In this document: positions 37,345 to 46,871 of the stretch, in pieces | Numbering within the stretch: the stretch's first letter is position 1 | How the letters are laid out: every line of letters begins with the position of its first letter | Virus record (IMG/VR): IMGVR_UViG_3300027734_000045 | Coordinates: 1-64,000 of that record | Source: a virus | Direction: 5' to 3' (one strand) | Length of the DNA: 64,000 nucleotides | Notes under the pieces: model-generated | Databases searched by the model: none | What the model saw: the letters and a program-made list of their open reading frames with translations, nothing else | What the model was told of the DNA's origin: nothing | Translations under genes and position numbers: made by a program

Positions 37345-37530
37345 ATGAAAATCTACTCACTAAAAATCACACCTGCTAACGCAGACCACGCTTCACCTAT
37401 TTACGAAGTTCATTCTTGGGAAAAGGTAGAAGAAATCATCAAATCGACAAAAGAACTCTACAACGGAGAATTCACTTTTGAAGTCTTCGGTAGAGTAGAA
37501 GCTCGAGTAGCGGAAACGGAGACACTATGA
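37345..37530 (+). CDS. Hypothetical protein
   Basis: ORF within the operon. Confidence 0.55.
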   Translation: MKIYSLKITPANADHASPIYEVHSWEKVEEIIKSTKELYNGEFTFEVFGRVEARVAETETL

Positions 37531-37748
37531 GTATGAAAATATACTGGGACGAAATGTCTGAAGCAGAAATGAAAAAGTCTGGTGCCGAATACCACGCTTG
37601 CAACAACAAAGCCTGCGGACACACACCACTCATCTGGCAGCAAGCCGTTGGAGACGCAGTCTGCGAAGGTTGCGGTAAATGGCAAAATGAAGAAGAAGAA
37701 GAAGAAGAAGAAGAAGAAGAAGAAGAAGAAAGCGAGAAAAGCGAATGA
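37527..37748 (+). CDS. Zn-ribbon protein with poly-Glu tail
   Basis: C...CG...CEGCGKWQ followed by (GAA)14. Confidence 0.65.
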   Translation: MSMKIYWDEMSEAEMKKSGAEYHACNNKACGHTPLIWQQAVGDAVCEGCGKWQNEEEEEEEEEEEEEESEKSE

Positions 37749-38050
37749 GTGAAAACCAACCAACGCAAGAAGAAATCCTATTCAATCTAACGCAGGCTCT
37801 GCAGAACGCCAACGCACTGCTTGGACAACTAGAGCAAACTGACTTGGTGAAACTTCACCGCAGACGAATCGGCAAACTTTGGTCTTTCTATCTGAAGAAG
37901 CGAGTCGCTGCAGCGCAAAAAATAACCTGGGGCGAATGGCTTTCTGACGAGGCGAACATGGCCAAGTTTAAGGCTTGGTTATTTAATGACGAAGTCGACG
38001 AAGAACTTATCTCTCTTAGCAACGGAGAAGAAGGCGAGAAAAACCAATGA
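37745..38050 (+). CDS. Hypothetical protein
   Basis: ATGA overlap. Confidence 0.6.
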   Translation: MSENQPTQEEILFNLTQALQNANALLGQLEQTDLVKLHRRRIGKLWSFYLKKRVAAAQKITWGEWLSDEANMAKFKAWLFNDEVDEELISLSNGEEGEKNQ

Positions 38051-38292
38051 GAACTATCGGTCGTTTCTTGATTGCGGTAGTCACCGCACCAATCGTACTA
38101 ATCGCCTACGGACTTCTCTGGGTTCTTTTGATAGGACTCGGAGCAGAGGATAACGGAATGTTCTATTCGAACCTTCCATTCATTGCAGCCGGCTGGATTA
38201 CAACGCTAACTGCGTTCCCGTGGCTGATGAGATTAACGGATTCCATCGACAGATGGATGGAAAACCAAGCACGAACACCATACAAAAAATAA
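38047..38292 (+). CDS. Two-TM membrane protein
   Basis: Hydrophobic helices; ATGA overlap. Confidence 0.6.
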   Translation: MRTIGRFLIAVVTAPIVLIAYGLLWVLLIGLGAEDNGMFYSNLPFIAAGWITTLTAFPWLMRLTDSIDRWMENQARTPYKK

Positions 38293-38304
38293 GGAGAGAC
38301 AAAA

Positions 38305-38625
38305 ATGTCTGAAAAAACCAAAGCAGCACCAAAAACCCGTTTAGAGTCGCTTCCGCGCCTTCCAGAAGGCGTGCAGTTGCCGGAAGGGTATGTACCTGCC
38401 TACTACCGTAAACGCGCCAGTCTCGCGGTCCTAAGGGCCTTAGACGGCAGCGGATACAAGGTTCTTGAGGTACAAACCGGAATCATTCACGACGCAAAAA
38501 CCACAAGAGAGACATCTCGCTTGATGGCACAAATTGGCCGCGACATTAGAGCGGTAAGAGAAGCATCTAAGCCCGCGAAGGTGACAGTTTCAACTGAAAC
38601 CCTGGTAGAATCAAAGGAAGCCTAA
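38305..38625 (+). CDS. Hypothetical protein
   Basis: AAGGAG SD. Confidence 0.65.
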   Translation: MSEKTKAAPKTRLESLPRLPEGVQLPEGYVPAYYRKRASLAVLRALDGSGYKVLEVQTGIIHDAKTTRETSRLMAQIGRDIRAVREASKPAKVTVSTETLVESKEA

Positions 38626-38701
38626 ACTTTAGGTCCAGGAGATAACCAAAACCCCTGAACACAATACGACCGAGTACTAACTCACGGAAAGGTAGGTCGG
38701 A

Positions 38702-39268
38702 ATGAAAAAGAAGAAATGGTTATCGTTTGTGCTGACTGCGTTGTTCACGCTAGCTCTTGCTAGTGGAAGCGATGCGGCAGTAGGCACGGAGGTCCGAGCG
38801 TCGCAAGACGTAAAGGTAAAGTCTGTGCCTTCAAGTGAAACAACCCAAGCGAATTTCGCTTTCGTCCAGAAGCTAATAAAAGCATCGGAGAGAAAGAGAA
38901 TCGCGCAAGTCGTGCGGAGGCTGAAGTACTATGTTGGTAAAACAAGATACGTATTTTCTGGTGACACTCCTCAAGGCTGGGACTGCTCGGGTCTCGTCCG
39001 CTGGACGTACGAGAAACTAGGAGTCACTCTAGAGCATTCTGCTACAAAGCAGAAGAACTCTGGAACCCTGGTAAAAAACCCTCTTCCCGGGGATATCGTG
39101 GCCTTCAGCTACGGTAGCGGAAGTAGTTTCTACCACTCGGGTATCTACATCGGAAATGGAAAAGTTCTTCATGCTCAACAGGCACGCGGAACATTCATCA
39201 GTTCGTTAGATAGCCCGCTCTTCGCAGGTAATAAGATTACCTTCACGCGAATCATAATAAACCAATAA
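38702..39268 (+). CDS. Secreted NlpC/P60 peptidoglycan hydrolase
   Basis: Signal peptide, YVFSG..P.GWDCSGLV, PGDIV.F, HSGIYIG and HA. Confidence 0.92.
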   Translation: MKKKKWLSFVLTALFTLALASGSDAAVGTEVRASQDVKVKSVPSSETTQANFAFVQKLIKASERKRIAQVVRRLKYYVGKTRYVFSGDTPQGWDCSGLVRWTYEKLGVTLEHSATKQKNSGTLVKNPLPGDIVAFSYGSGSSFYHSGIYIGNGKVLHAQQARGTFISSLDSPLFAGNKITFTRIIINQ

Positions 39269-39290
39269 TCCCGTTCAGGGGAATCTCCGG

Positions 39291-39323
39291 TCACCGTCGG
39301 CTTCTGTCGGCGGTGATCTTTTT
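39291..39323 (+). terminator. Intrinsic terminator
   Basis: TCACCGTCGGC-TTCT-GTCGGCGGTGA followed by TCTTTTT. Confidence 0.75.
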
Positions 39324-39373
39324 CGCCTTGAAGCGCAAAGTCACGCGGAAAGCACCCTTGCTAGAATCGCACT

Positions 39374-39634
39374 ATGAATCTGAAGGGAAATCAAATGAAA
39401 GACAAAATCTCACCTATCGTAGCGGATACATCAGGCTGGTACCGTAAAGCTCAGGACGCGGAATTGTATTGCGGATGGTGCTTACCAGCGAGAGCAGCTC
39501 TAGCTCACCAAGCGCACCCTGAACGAAAGTGGATTGCCACGGAAACCGGCGACTTCCTAGTTCTCGTCGGAGACGTCTTGGACAAAGTCTCTGAGGCAGA
39601 AAAGAACCTGCATCGCAGCTGCGAAAACGGATAG
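39374..39634 (+). CDS. Hypothetical protein
   Basis: CGWC motif; the start may instead be the second ATG. Confidence 0.5.
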   Translation: MNLKGNQMKDKISPIVADTSGWYRKAQDAELYCGWCLPARAALAHQAHPERKWIATETGDFLVLVGDVLDKVSEAEKNLHRSCENG

Positions 39635-39727
39635 TTCTAAAAAAGTTATAAAACTAGGTGTACTTTCTGCCAAGTACCTGTTATAATGATTATACGGTAA
39701 TCATAACGACAGAAAGAGGTGAGTGCC

Positions 39728-39931
39728 ATGGAAATACAAGTAGGAAAAATCTCGACTTGGTTAAGTCCAAACGGAGAAGTCTGTAGAGTAAAAGTAGTTT
39801 CTGTAGAAGACGGAAGACAAGGTAAAGTCTTTACGGGCTACAGAGTGAATGAGAAAGACGAGCCTTTGCAAAACGAAGCAGGCTTCTTTTATCCAACCTT
39901 CTCCGGAATGGCAGAATCTCTCGGAGGTTAA
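39728..39931 (+). CDS. Hypothetical cassette protein
   Basis: Conserved promoter and GAGG SD. Confidence 0.6.
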   Translation: MEIQVGKISTWLSPNGEVCRVKVVSVEDGRQGKVFTGYRVNEKDEPLQNEAGFFYPTFSGMAESLGG

Positions 39932-39987
39932 CGGCAAATTGCAACTCGATGCGGTAAAATAATACAAAGAAACCAATCGAGGTAGAA

Positions 39988-40224
39988 ATGTCTGAAAACC
40001 CGCAAATCGGAAGCAGAGCGGTAGCAAGAAACTTAGTGATGCGTCTTCTACAGCAATACGAAAGACATCAGCTAAATCCGCTCGACCTCTCTTATCAAGA
40101 GCTAGCTCACATAAACTACGCAATAAAGCTTGCAGACCTGGGAAGAGATTCCGAGTCGCTGAATGACTTTGCGGAAGCAATAGAAAAACTCTTCACAATC
40201 TTCACTCCAAAGTTCGAAGACTAA
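39988..40224 (+). CDS. Hypothetical protein
   Basis: GAGGT SD. Confidence 0.6.
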   Translation: MSENPQIGSRAVARNLVMRLLQQYERHQLNPLDLSYQELAHINYAIKLADLGRDSESLNDFAEAIEKLFTIFTPKFED

Positions 40225-40238
40225 AATAAGGAAAACAA

Positions 40239-40466
40239 ATGACGCAACACGGTTACGACAAAAGAAGCTTTGAATCTGGCCAGCGCGATGGCATTCGCCG
40301 AGGATACAACTCCGCTATCGACAAGATGCTGGCGGAAATAGACAAATGCACGGAGCTCGCTCGGGGAAATAAGAAAGCCACAAAAGAAAACATAAACCCT
40401 CTGACGATTCTTTCGATGCTCCGAGACTTCTGCGTTGACTTGGACCAAAATCTTTACGAAGAGTAG
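40239..40466 (+). CDS. Hypothetical protein
   Basis: AAGGA SD. Confidence 0.6.
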   Translation: MTQHGYDKRSFESGQRDGIRRGYNSAIDKMLAEIDKCTELARGNKKATKENINPLTILSMLRDFCVDLDQNLYEE

Positions 40467-40537
40467 ACTTTTGGGCTAAATGCCTGGTATAATAAACTTG
40501 CGATTCACAATTTACACCTCAAAAAAGGAATGATACA

Positions 40538-40816
40538 ATGAGAACTGACCAAAAGCTAGAAGTGTTAGCGGTTGATTGCCACAGAAACGGAATCGACGGC
40601 TTGCCATTCAAGGTCGCTATCGTTTACGATTCTTTTTACGGAGATAAGAAACTTGTAGTGATGTTTGAAGAAAAGAACGCTACCGCGGTGTTCAGTCTCG
40701 ATAAACTAATTGCGGAAGCGGACATAAAAAGCATCTCTAACTCTTGGCGCGGAGACATTTACGACGAAGCTCTAAGAAAAGAGCTTTGGCCAAAAGAGAG
40801 TGAGAAAAATGCTTGA
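40538..40816 (+). CDS. Hypothetical phage protein
   Basis: HRNGI.G.PF...NSWRGD motif. Confidence 0.65.
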   Translation: MRTDQKLEVLAVDCHRNGIDGLPFKVAIVYDSFYGDKKLVVMFEEKNATAVFSLDKLIAEADIKSISNSWRGDIYDEALRKELWPKESEKNA

Positions 40817-41018
40817 AATTCTAGGAATACTCATCATAGTAGTCGGCGTCGTTCTTTTAGTGTGCCTTGTCGCAGCAGGATTCTTGATTCTTATGGGAAC
40901 TGTTGCCGGTTTAGACATCTACGACCACGATGAAATCGAAGAAAACGAACCGACTGCTCTTCTCGGAGTAGTTTCGCCAAAAAACCATTCAAATTCAAAA
41001 GGAGACATCAATGCTTAA
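40809..41018 (+). CDS. Single-TM membrane protein
   Basis: Long hydrophobic N-terminus. Confidence 0.55.
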   Translation: MLEILGILIIVVGVVLLVCLVAAGFLILMGTVAGLDIYDHDEIEENEPTALLGVVSPKNHSNSKGDINA

Positions 41019-41184
41019 ACTACTTATCGCCCGCTTACGCGAGCTCGTTTGGCCAGCGGTCATTTCCGTGCTACTAATCGCGGTGTCCTTGGTCATCGTC
41101 GTAGTTTCTCCCGGGTTCTCAACTGGGGCAGGAGTCTTTGCCTTGGCTGGAATTGGGTTCGCAATCCTGGCTCAGAGGGCCTAA
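41011..41184 (+). CDS. Small two-TM membrane protein (57 aa)
   Basis: AAGGAG SD; MLKLLIARLRELVWPAV...; too short for the ORF track. Confidence 0.55.
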   Translation: MLKLLIARLRELVWPAVISVLLIAVSLVIVVVSPGFSTGAGVFALAGIGFAILAQRA

Positions 41185-41281
41185 AAAATAGTTCAAAAAT
41201 CTTTGCAAATGTGCAGCTTTCTGCTCTAAAACCTGTTATAATAAATAAGTAATAAAAAACGAGTTCCTTTAGGAGGAAATT

Positions 41282-41836
41282 ATGGCAGATACAATGATTC
41301 AAGCAACCGGACCTCAGGTCAACTTTGTGAAGGTTCTTTTGGCAGAACGAGTAATCGATGACGTAGACTGGGCAGAAGAGATTGCGGCAAAAATCGACGA
41401 AAACAAACTAAGCAAAAAAGATGCAAGTCAGGTAATTGACAAGTTGATAAACGCGAAGAGAATCCCGAAAGACCCTGTACTTCAGAGCGTTCTTTCTTCA
41501 ATTCCAAAATCAAAGTACGCAATCCCGACTTCAGAACTTGACGTCTTCGTAGAAGAAAAAGTAAACGGAGACTTGTTGTTCGTCGAAGTCAAAGAGTACA
41601 TGAACATACTTTACATGAGAAAACTTCTCGGTGCACCTGGCGGATTCACAAGAACCAAGCTTTCAGTTTCTGACGTGAAAGAAATCGTAAACATCATCGC
41701 TGCAGACCCTGTAAAGTACGCGAGAATCTTCGGTGAACACTACAGCTGCTGCGGTAAGTGTGGAGCAGAGTTGACAGACCCGATAAGCAGAAAACTGCAG
41801 TTCGGACCAACATGTCGAGCAGAGTTTGGACTGTAA
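41282..41836 (+). CDS. DUF6011-like protein
   Basis: C-terminal CGKCG..LTDP.S....GP.C; N-terminal AT..Q...K..AS..ID.L. Confidence 0.75.
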   Translation: MADTMIQATGPQVNFVKVLLAERVIDDVDWAEEIAAKIDENKLSKKDASQVIDKLINAKRIPKDPVLQSVLSSIPKSKYAIPTSELDVFVEEKVNGDLLFVEVKEYMNILYMRKLLGAPGGFTRTKLSVSDVKEIVNIIAADPVKYARIFGEHYSCCGKCGAELTDPISRKLQFGPTCRAEFGL

Positions 41837-41898
41837 AGTCCAAATTCTCGCTTCGGCGAAAGCAAAAACCAAATGACAAAAAGAAAGCGAGGTAGCTC

Positions 41899-42339
41899 AT
41901 GTGGCTATTTACGGAAACCGGATTCATGAGTGCTGTGAGACATCGAACGTCTCCAGACAACCTAGTAGTTAGAGCAAGAGACAGACAGTCTCTACTCGAG
42001 CTTTCGGAGTTCTCTAAAGAAGAGATACAGTTTACTCCGTATGCCGACTATCCATACAGAGTCATCGTTCACGAGAAGCAACTAAGAACTTTTATGGACG
42101 ACGCTCTTAAAAATCTGAAGTACGATAACTTCAAGAGTAGAGTTCAGAAGACTCGCGGACTACAGTTCGTCGATGCTCTGCAGGATGTCTGGGCAACAAT
42201 GCACAAAGTCGAAGACTTAGAGTCTGCAAACCGCTGGGAAAAGTATCCGGTGGAAGAGACTCTTCCTGGATTCGACGATTCACCAGACCCTTACGATTAC
42301 GATTCATTTCCAGACTGGGAGCCGGATGAAAAGTCCTAA
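41899..42339 (+). CDS. Conserved hypothetical phage protein
   Basis: MWLFT..GF.S.V...L.VRAR...DYPYR...Y.NFK. Confidence 0.7.
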   Translation: MWLFTETGFMSAVRHRTSPDNLVVRARDRQSLLELSEFSKEEIQFTPYADYPYRVIVHEKQLRTFMDDALKNLKYDNFKSRVQKTRGLQFVDALQDVWATMHKVEDLESANRWEKYPVEETLPGFDDSPDPYDYDSFPDWEPDEKS

Positions 42340-42907
42340 AGTAGCGGCTGCGTTGGTGCTTGCGTTTGCTTTTGTAAGCGCAGGTATTCAACCAACTGTT
42401 CCGCAAGAAATAAAAATCGTGCAACAAAAAGAAAAAGAAAAAGAAAAAGAAAAAGTCTCCCCGGTGGAGAAGTTTCGAAACGCAAAGAAGCTAAACGGAA
42501 TCCAACTCGCGGCAATTTTAGCGCACGTTGGGTTTCGCGGGAACTCGCACAAAATCGCTTGGGCTCTTGCAATGAGAGAATCTCACGGGAACCCGTTATC
42601 ACACAACCGCAACGCTGCTACGGCTGATGACTCGTATGGGCTCTTTCAAATAAACATGCGTGGATACCTGGGTAAGGCAAGAAGAGTGACTTACGGGCTC
42701 TCTAGGGACTCTAAACTGTTCGACCCGTTGACTAATGCGTGGGTAGCGTATCGGATGAGTAAAGGGGGCAGAGACTTTGGTCCCTGGGGCATAGGCCCGA
42801 ACGCCTACAGAGCGAACCGGGGAATCGGAACCATCTCTAAGCATTTTGCGTCTTATCCTGGGTATCCAAAGACAAAAACGGTACACAGCGGTAAGAAATC
42901 CAAATAA
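42326..42907 (+). CDS. Secreted lytic transglycosylase (SLT-like)
   Basis: Signal peptide, catalytic AMRES, DSYGLFQIN and N...AY.MS.GG....PW. Confidence 0.88.
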   Translation: MKSPKVAAALVLAFAFVSAGIQPTVPQEIKIVQQKEKEKEKEKVSPVEKFRNAKKLNGIQLAAILAHVGFRGNSHKIAWALAMRESHGNPLSHNRNAATADDSYGLFQINMRGYLGKARRVTYGLSRDSKLFDPLTNAWVAYRMSKGGRDFGPWGIGPNAYRANRGIGTISKHFASYPGYPKTKTVHSGKKSK

Positions 42908-42937
42908 AATCTTACAAAATCAAGTTTTGGAGAAAAA

Positions 42938-43495
42938 ATGTCTGAAGAAATCGTAAACCCTGAAGAAAACATCACCCCGGAAGACACTTCAGCCCCCGAA
43001 GAGAGCCAAGAGCCGGAAGTCCAGGTGGATACCCCGGAAATCCGTGAAGAGGCTGTCACCCCGGAAGAGAGGCCAGTTGCGACCCCGATTCCGGCTCCAA
43101 TCCGGGTCTCCGTTCCGGAAAAACCAAAGCAGGAGAAGAAAATTGCAGTTCCTGTTGCGGTAAGTGCTGAAGAAATAGAAAAAGTAGTAGAGAAATCTAC
43201 AAATTCGGTGATTGTTGGAACAGGCGACAAGGACGAAGTTAAGTTGTCGGCAATAGTCTACAAAAACTTTCAGTCAACTCGTTCTGTGAGCGTTTTCCAC
43301 GTTCAAAGAAGACTTTACGAACTTGGATACCAGGATTCTGCTTCAGACAGAAGAGGCTTTTTCGGAGACAACACAAAAAACGCACTCACCTACTTTCAAA
43401 GTGCAAATGGCTTAGAAGCAAGTGGACTTCCGAACGCTGAAACTCTAACTCTTCTCTTCACCGGAGACGAAAACGTTTCTCTAACTTTAGACTAA
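42938..43495 (+). CDS. Protein with acidic/Pro-rich N-terminus and C-terminal peptidoglycan-binding domain
   Basis: V..VQRRL..LGY...G.FG..T..AL..FQ..NGL..SG. Confidence 0.8.
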   Translation: MSEEIVNPEENITPEDTSAPEESQEPEVQVDTPEIREEAVTPEERPVATPIPAPIRVSVPEKPKQEKKIAVPVAVSAEEIEKVVEKSTNSVIVGTGDKDEVKLSAIVYKNFQSTRSVSVFHVQRRLYELGYQDSASDRRGFFGDNTKNALTYFQSANGLEASGLPNAETLTLLFTGDENVSLTLD

Positions 43496-43609
43496 GAGAT
43501 TCTTCTATCCCGATTATTATTATACCATACTTTTAGCTAAAAGTTTCTCTATTTATCAAACAGTTATAAAACTTACTGTTTTTAGTCTACGGTATACAAT
43601 TGCATCATC

Positions 43610-44188
43610 ATGAATGCGATTACAAAACAAAATCACAAGCTTCCAACGACTGTAGCTTTCGTCTTCAAAGAAATCGCCACAACGCGAGAGCTAAGAGACA
43701 ACTACATCTCTGTTCTTAGAGAAAATGAATGGACTTTACAGTCGATTGCAGATTGCTGCGAACTCACTAGGGAGAGAGTCAGACAGCTTGCTTCTCGGAA
43801 ATCAGACCCCGGAGTAGTCTCCGAACTCATTCGCCTTGGGGCTGTGATTCCGACTCCACCGGAGAAACCTAAACGGGAAGTTGCCTTCAAGCCGGAAATA
43901 AAACCGGAGACCCTAGAGAAATTGCTAGAACTTCAGCCGCTTGCGCAACAAGTTCGCTCAAATAGCACGAAGTTCCGGGAAGAAGCTGAAGTCTACACGG
44001 CTCTTTTGTTTGACGCGTATAAAAACCAGGGAGTTTCTCTGTATCGGCTTGCAAAACTTCTCGGAGTTACTCATGGGGCGATAAGATTTAGGCTGGCGAG
44101 ATACGGATACATAAAACCTCAAGGCGGAAGCAGCAAAGTTTACGCTCTCGTAAAATCAGAAAACAGGGTGAAAATCTCAAATGGCTAA
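43610..44188 (+). CDS. Double-HTH DNA-binding protein (paralog family A)
   Basis: WTLQSIA....LTRERVRQ and GVSLYRLAKLLGVT; overlaps the terL start. Confidence 0.75.
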   Translation: MNAITKQNHKLPTTVAFVFKEIATTRELRDNYISVLRENEWTLQSIADCCELTRERVRQLASRKSDPGVVSELIRLGAVIPTPPEKPKREVAFKPEIKPETLEKLLELQPLAQQVRSNSTKFREEAEVYTALLFDAYKNQGVSLYRLAKLLGVTHGAIRFRLARYGYIKPQGGSSKVYALVKSENRVKISNG

Positions 44189-45578
44189 AAGCATTATGGA
44201 ACAGTTAGCTCTTTTGCCGGAAGCGGAGAGATTAGAGATTCTTGCGGGCATGGACCCTGATACTTTGCTGTGGGATTGGTCGGTATGGGGAAGACCAGAA
44301 CAGCAAGCGCCTCAGGGTGAGTGGTCTATTTGGATGTATCTAGCCGGAAGAGGCGCGGGAAAAACGAGAGCTGCAGCGGAGTGGATTCGTGAAGAAGCAA
44401 AGTACACTACAACTGGGCAGAGAAGATTCGCCCTCGTTGCGAGAACTGCAGCAGACGTTAGAGATGTCATCGTTGAAGGTGAGTCGGGAATCATTTCCGT
44501 TACTCCGCCTTCCGAACGCCCTCTTTACGAGCCTTCGAAACGTCGACTCACTTGGCCAAATGGAAATACGGCAACTTGCTTCACAGCTGACGAACCTGAT
44601 TCACTCCGTGGACCTCAGTTTACTCACGCTTGGGGAGATGAGGTTGCGGCATGGAGGCAAACTCCGGACGCTGCCGGGATGACTGCTTTCGACAACTTGC
44701 GCGTTGGAACTCGTTTGGGCTCAAATCCAAAAATCATGATAACCACTACACCAAAAAGAGTGCCCTTGCTCTATCAGCTTTTAGAAGAAGAGAGAAAGAC
44801 GGGAAGAGTCGTCGTAACTCGTGGGTCGACTTTGGATAACTCAGGGAACTTATCAAGCTCTTACATCGATGCTATCACAGGAGTTTACGCTGGTACGAGA
44901 CTCGCGGCTCAAGAGCTTTACGGTGAAATGTTAGATAACGTTGAAGGCGCTCTGTGGACTGAAGAAATGATCGATAAAGGAAGAGAAACTGTCTTTCCAA
45001 TTGGATCTCCATTGAGAGTAATCGGTGTCGACCCTTCGGTTGCCGAGAACCCTAGAGACGAATGCGGTATCGTTGTCGTTGCTTCAACTGCAGAAAGAGA
45101 TTTATATAAACGACACGCTTGGGTTTTAGAAGACGCAACGATTCTCGGCTCGCCAGAAACTTGGGCGAATAAAGTAGTCGCCATGGCTCGTAAATGGGGA
45201 TGTCCAGTCGTTGCTGAAGTGAATCAGGGAGGCGCATTAGTTAGAAACGCAATTAACGCAATCGACCCTAACATCAAAGTTTTCGAAGTTCACTCAAAGT
45301 ACGGGAAAGCTCTTCGCGCAGAACCGGTGACTCTTGCTTACGAACAGAACAGAGTTCATCACGTAAACTACTTACCCGAACTTGAATCTCAAATGTATTC
45401 TTGGATTCCGGGAGAAGGAAAGTCTCCAGACCGAGTCGATGCTTTAGTTCACGCGCTTACTGCTCTGCTAATTAAACCACCGCAAGGTTTCGTCGGTGGA
45501 AAGATTACCGCAAAGTCAGTTGCTCACAGAAAGTTCGATACGGGAAGAGGCGGCGGAGGAATCTTCAAAGTTCGCTAA
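44181..45578 (+). CDS. terL: Terminase large subunit
   Basis: Walker A AGRGAGKT, LRGPQF..AW.DE, TTTP, nuclease motifs VIGVDP, E.NQGG and SPDRVDA. Confidence 0.95.
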   Translation: MAKSIMEQLALLPEAERLEILAGMDPDTLLWDWSVWGRPEQQAPQGEWSIWMYLAGRGAGKTRAAAEWIREEAKYTTTGQRRFALVARTAADVRDVIVEGESGIISVTPPSERPLYEPSKRRLTWPNGNTATCFTADEPDSLRGPQFTHAWGDEVAAWRQTPDAAGMTAFDNLRVGTRLGSNPKIMITTTPKRVPLLYQLLEEERKTGRVVVTRGSTLDNSGNLSSSYIDAITGVYAGTRLAAQELYGEMLDNVEGALWTEEMIDKGRETVFPIGSPLRVIGVDPSVAENPRDECGIVVVASTAERDLYKRHAWVLEDATILGSPETWANKVVAMARKWGCPVVAEVNQGGALVRNAINAIDPNIKVFEVHSKYGKALRAEPVTLAYEQNRVHHVNYLPELESQMYSWIPGEGKSPDRVDALVHALTALLIKPPQGFVGGKITAKSVAHRKFDTGRGGGGIFKVR

Positions 45579-45586
45579 GAGAGATT

Positions 45587-45622
45587 AAAGAAATCGCCCT
45601 CTTTCGAGGGCTTTTTCTTTTT
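45587..45622. terminator. Bidirectional terminator
   Basis: GCCCTC-TTTC-GAGGGC with T tracts, between terL and a minus-strand cassette. Confidence 0.75.
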
Positions 45623-45632
45623 TCTCTTTCGC

Positions 45633-45887
45633 TTACTTATTCGCAGCGATTGCGCATGGGTAAACTTTTACGTCTCGAGACCAAATCCACGGGTCGTCGT
45701 AACCATTCTCTTCGCTCATGTCTTCGTTGAAGTTTTTCTCTGCGGTCGCTAAGTCAACTTCTTCGTAGTAGACATCGCTGAACTTTCTAGCTTTTTGCAA
45801 GTCGCTGCAACCAACTCTGTGGCAAACATCTGTTCCGTCGATTTCTCTGATAACTGCTACTGCTTTTGTGTTTTCGTTTACGTTCAT
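45633..45887 (-). CDS. Hypothetical cassette protein
   Basis: Conserved promoter (45924-45998) and AAATGACAAAAGGA leader; H..GC.D...PC. Confidence 0.7.
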   Translation of the reverse strand: MNVNENTKAVAVIREIDGTDVCHRVGCSDLQKARKFSDVYYEEVDLATAEKNFNEDMSEENGYDDPWIWSRDVKVYPCAIAANK

Positions 45888-46136
45888 TTGTTTTCCTTTT
45901 GTCATTTTGTTTTTGTTTCTAAGATTATTATACCATACTTTTAGCTAAAATACTGCACATTTGCAAAGATTTTTCTATTATTTATCATTTTGTTATAAAG
46001 CTGTTTTGCGGTAGATTTGCGGTAGTTTCTCTTCGTTCTCTTCAAGCTTTCTCTCAGCTTTTTCTCTTTTAGAGAAGCTTCTCTTCAAGCTCTCTGCTTC
46101 TCTCAGATTTCTCTTTTTCCTTCCTTCAGCTTGAAC

Positions 46137-46179
<43 letters not shown>

Positions 46180-46227
46180 AAAAGAAAGCGACCGCTTTTT
46201 CGGCGATCGATTTCTAAGTTTTCGACT

Positions 46228-46521
46228 TTAGATTTCGGAGACTTTCTTTGCGAAGATTTCATACTCTTCTTTTGAAGTCAAGAATCTCTTTACGCATTCG
46301 TTTCCAAGTCTCTTCACTTTAGCGTCTGCTTGCTCTTCTGCGAACGGAACTAAAGAATCTGTTTTCCAATTCCAACTAACTAACCAACCAGAATCTTCTG
46401 TCATCGCCTTTGCGCAATGTTCGCACCAAGTTTCAAAGTTGTTTTTGTAGTTTCTCTTCATGTTCATTTCGTACTGAGTGTGAGCTCCGAATCCATAACA
46501 CTTGATTTCGTTTACGGTCAT
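46228..46521 (-). CDS. Zn-binding hypothetical cassette protein
   Basis: CEHC...G.EC; conserved promoter/leader; terminator-like hairpin at ~46177-46215. Confidence 0.7.
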   Translation of the reverse strand: MTVNEIKCYGFGAHTQYEMNMKRNYKNNFETWCEHCAKAMTEDSGWLVSWNWKTDSLVPFAEEQADAKVKRLGNECVKRFLTSKEEYEIFAKKVSEI

Positions 46522-46871
46522 TTGCTTTTTCCTTTTGTCGTTTTGTTTTTTGTTTCTAAGATTATTATAACAGGAACTTAGCAAAATAAACACACTTTAG
46601 CAAAGATTTTTAGACAAGTTATCATTTTGTTATAAAGTTGATTCCGGCTTGAACTACGGTGAAAGTTCGCACTTCGATGAGAAGTTTTCTACTTTTTCTG
46701 AAGTCTTTCGATTTCAAAAAGTTCTAAGTTTTCTGCGAAAGCAAAAAGCTTGAAGAGAGTAGAGTTGAGATTTCTCTTTTCTTAGATTTCTGAAGTCTTC
46801 AGATTTTTCTTCGTTGAGAGAGTTAAAAAGAATCGACCGCATTTCTGTGATCGATTTCTTCTCGCTTTCGC

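Noticed and set aside
37689-37730. (GAA)14 and the (GE)n run at ~32965 as phase-variation switches
   Set aside because: Unit lengths are multiples of three, so slippage only changes linker length.
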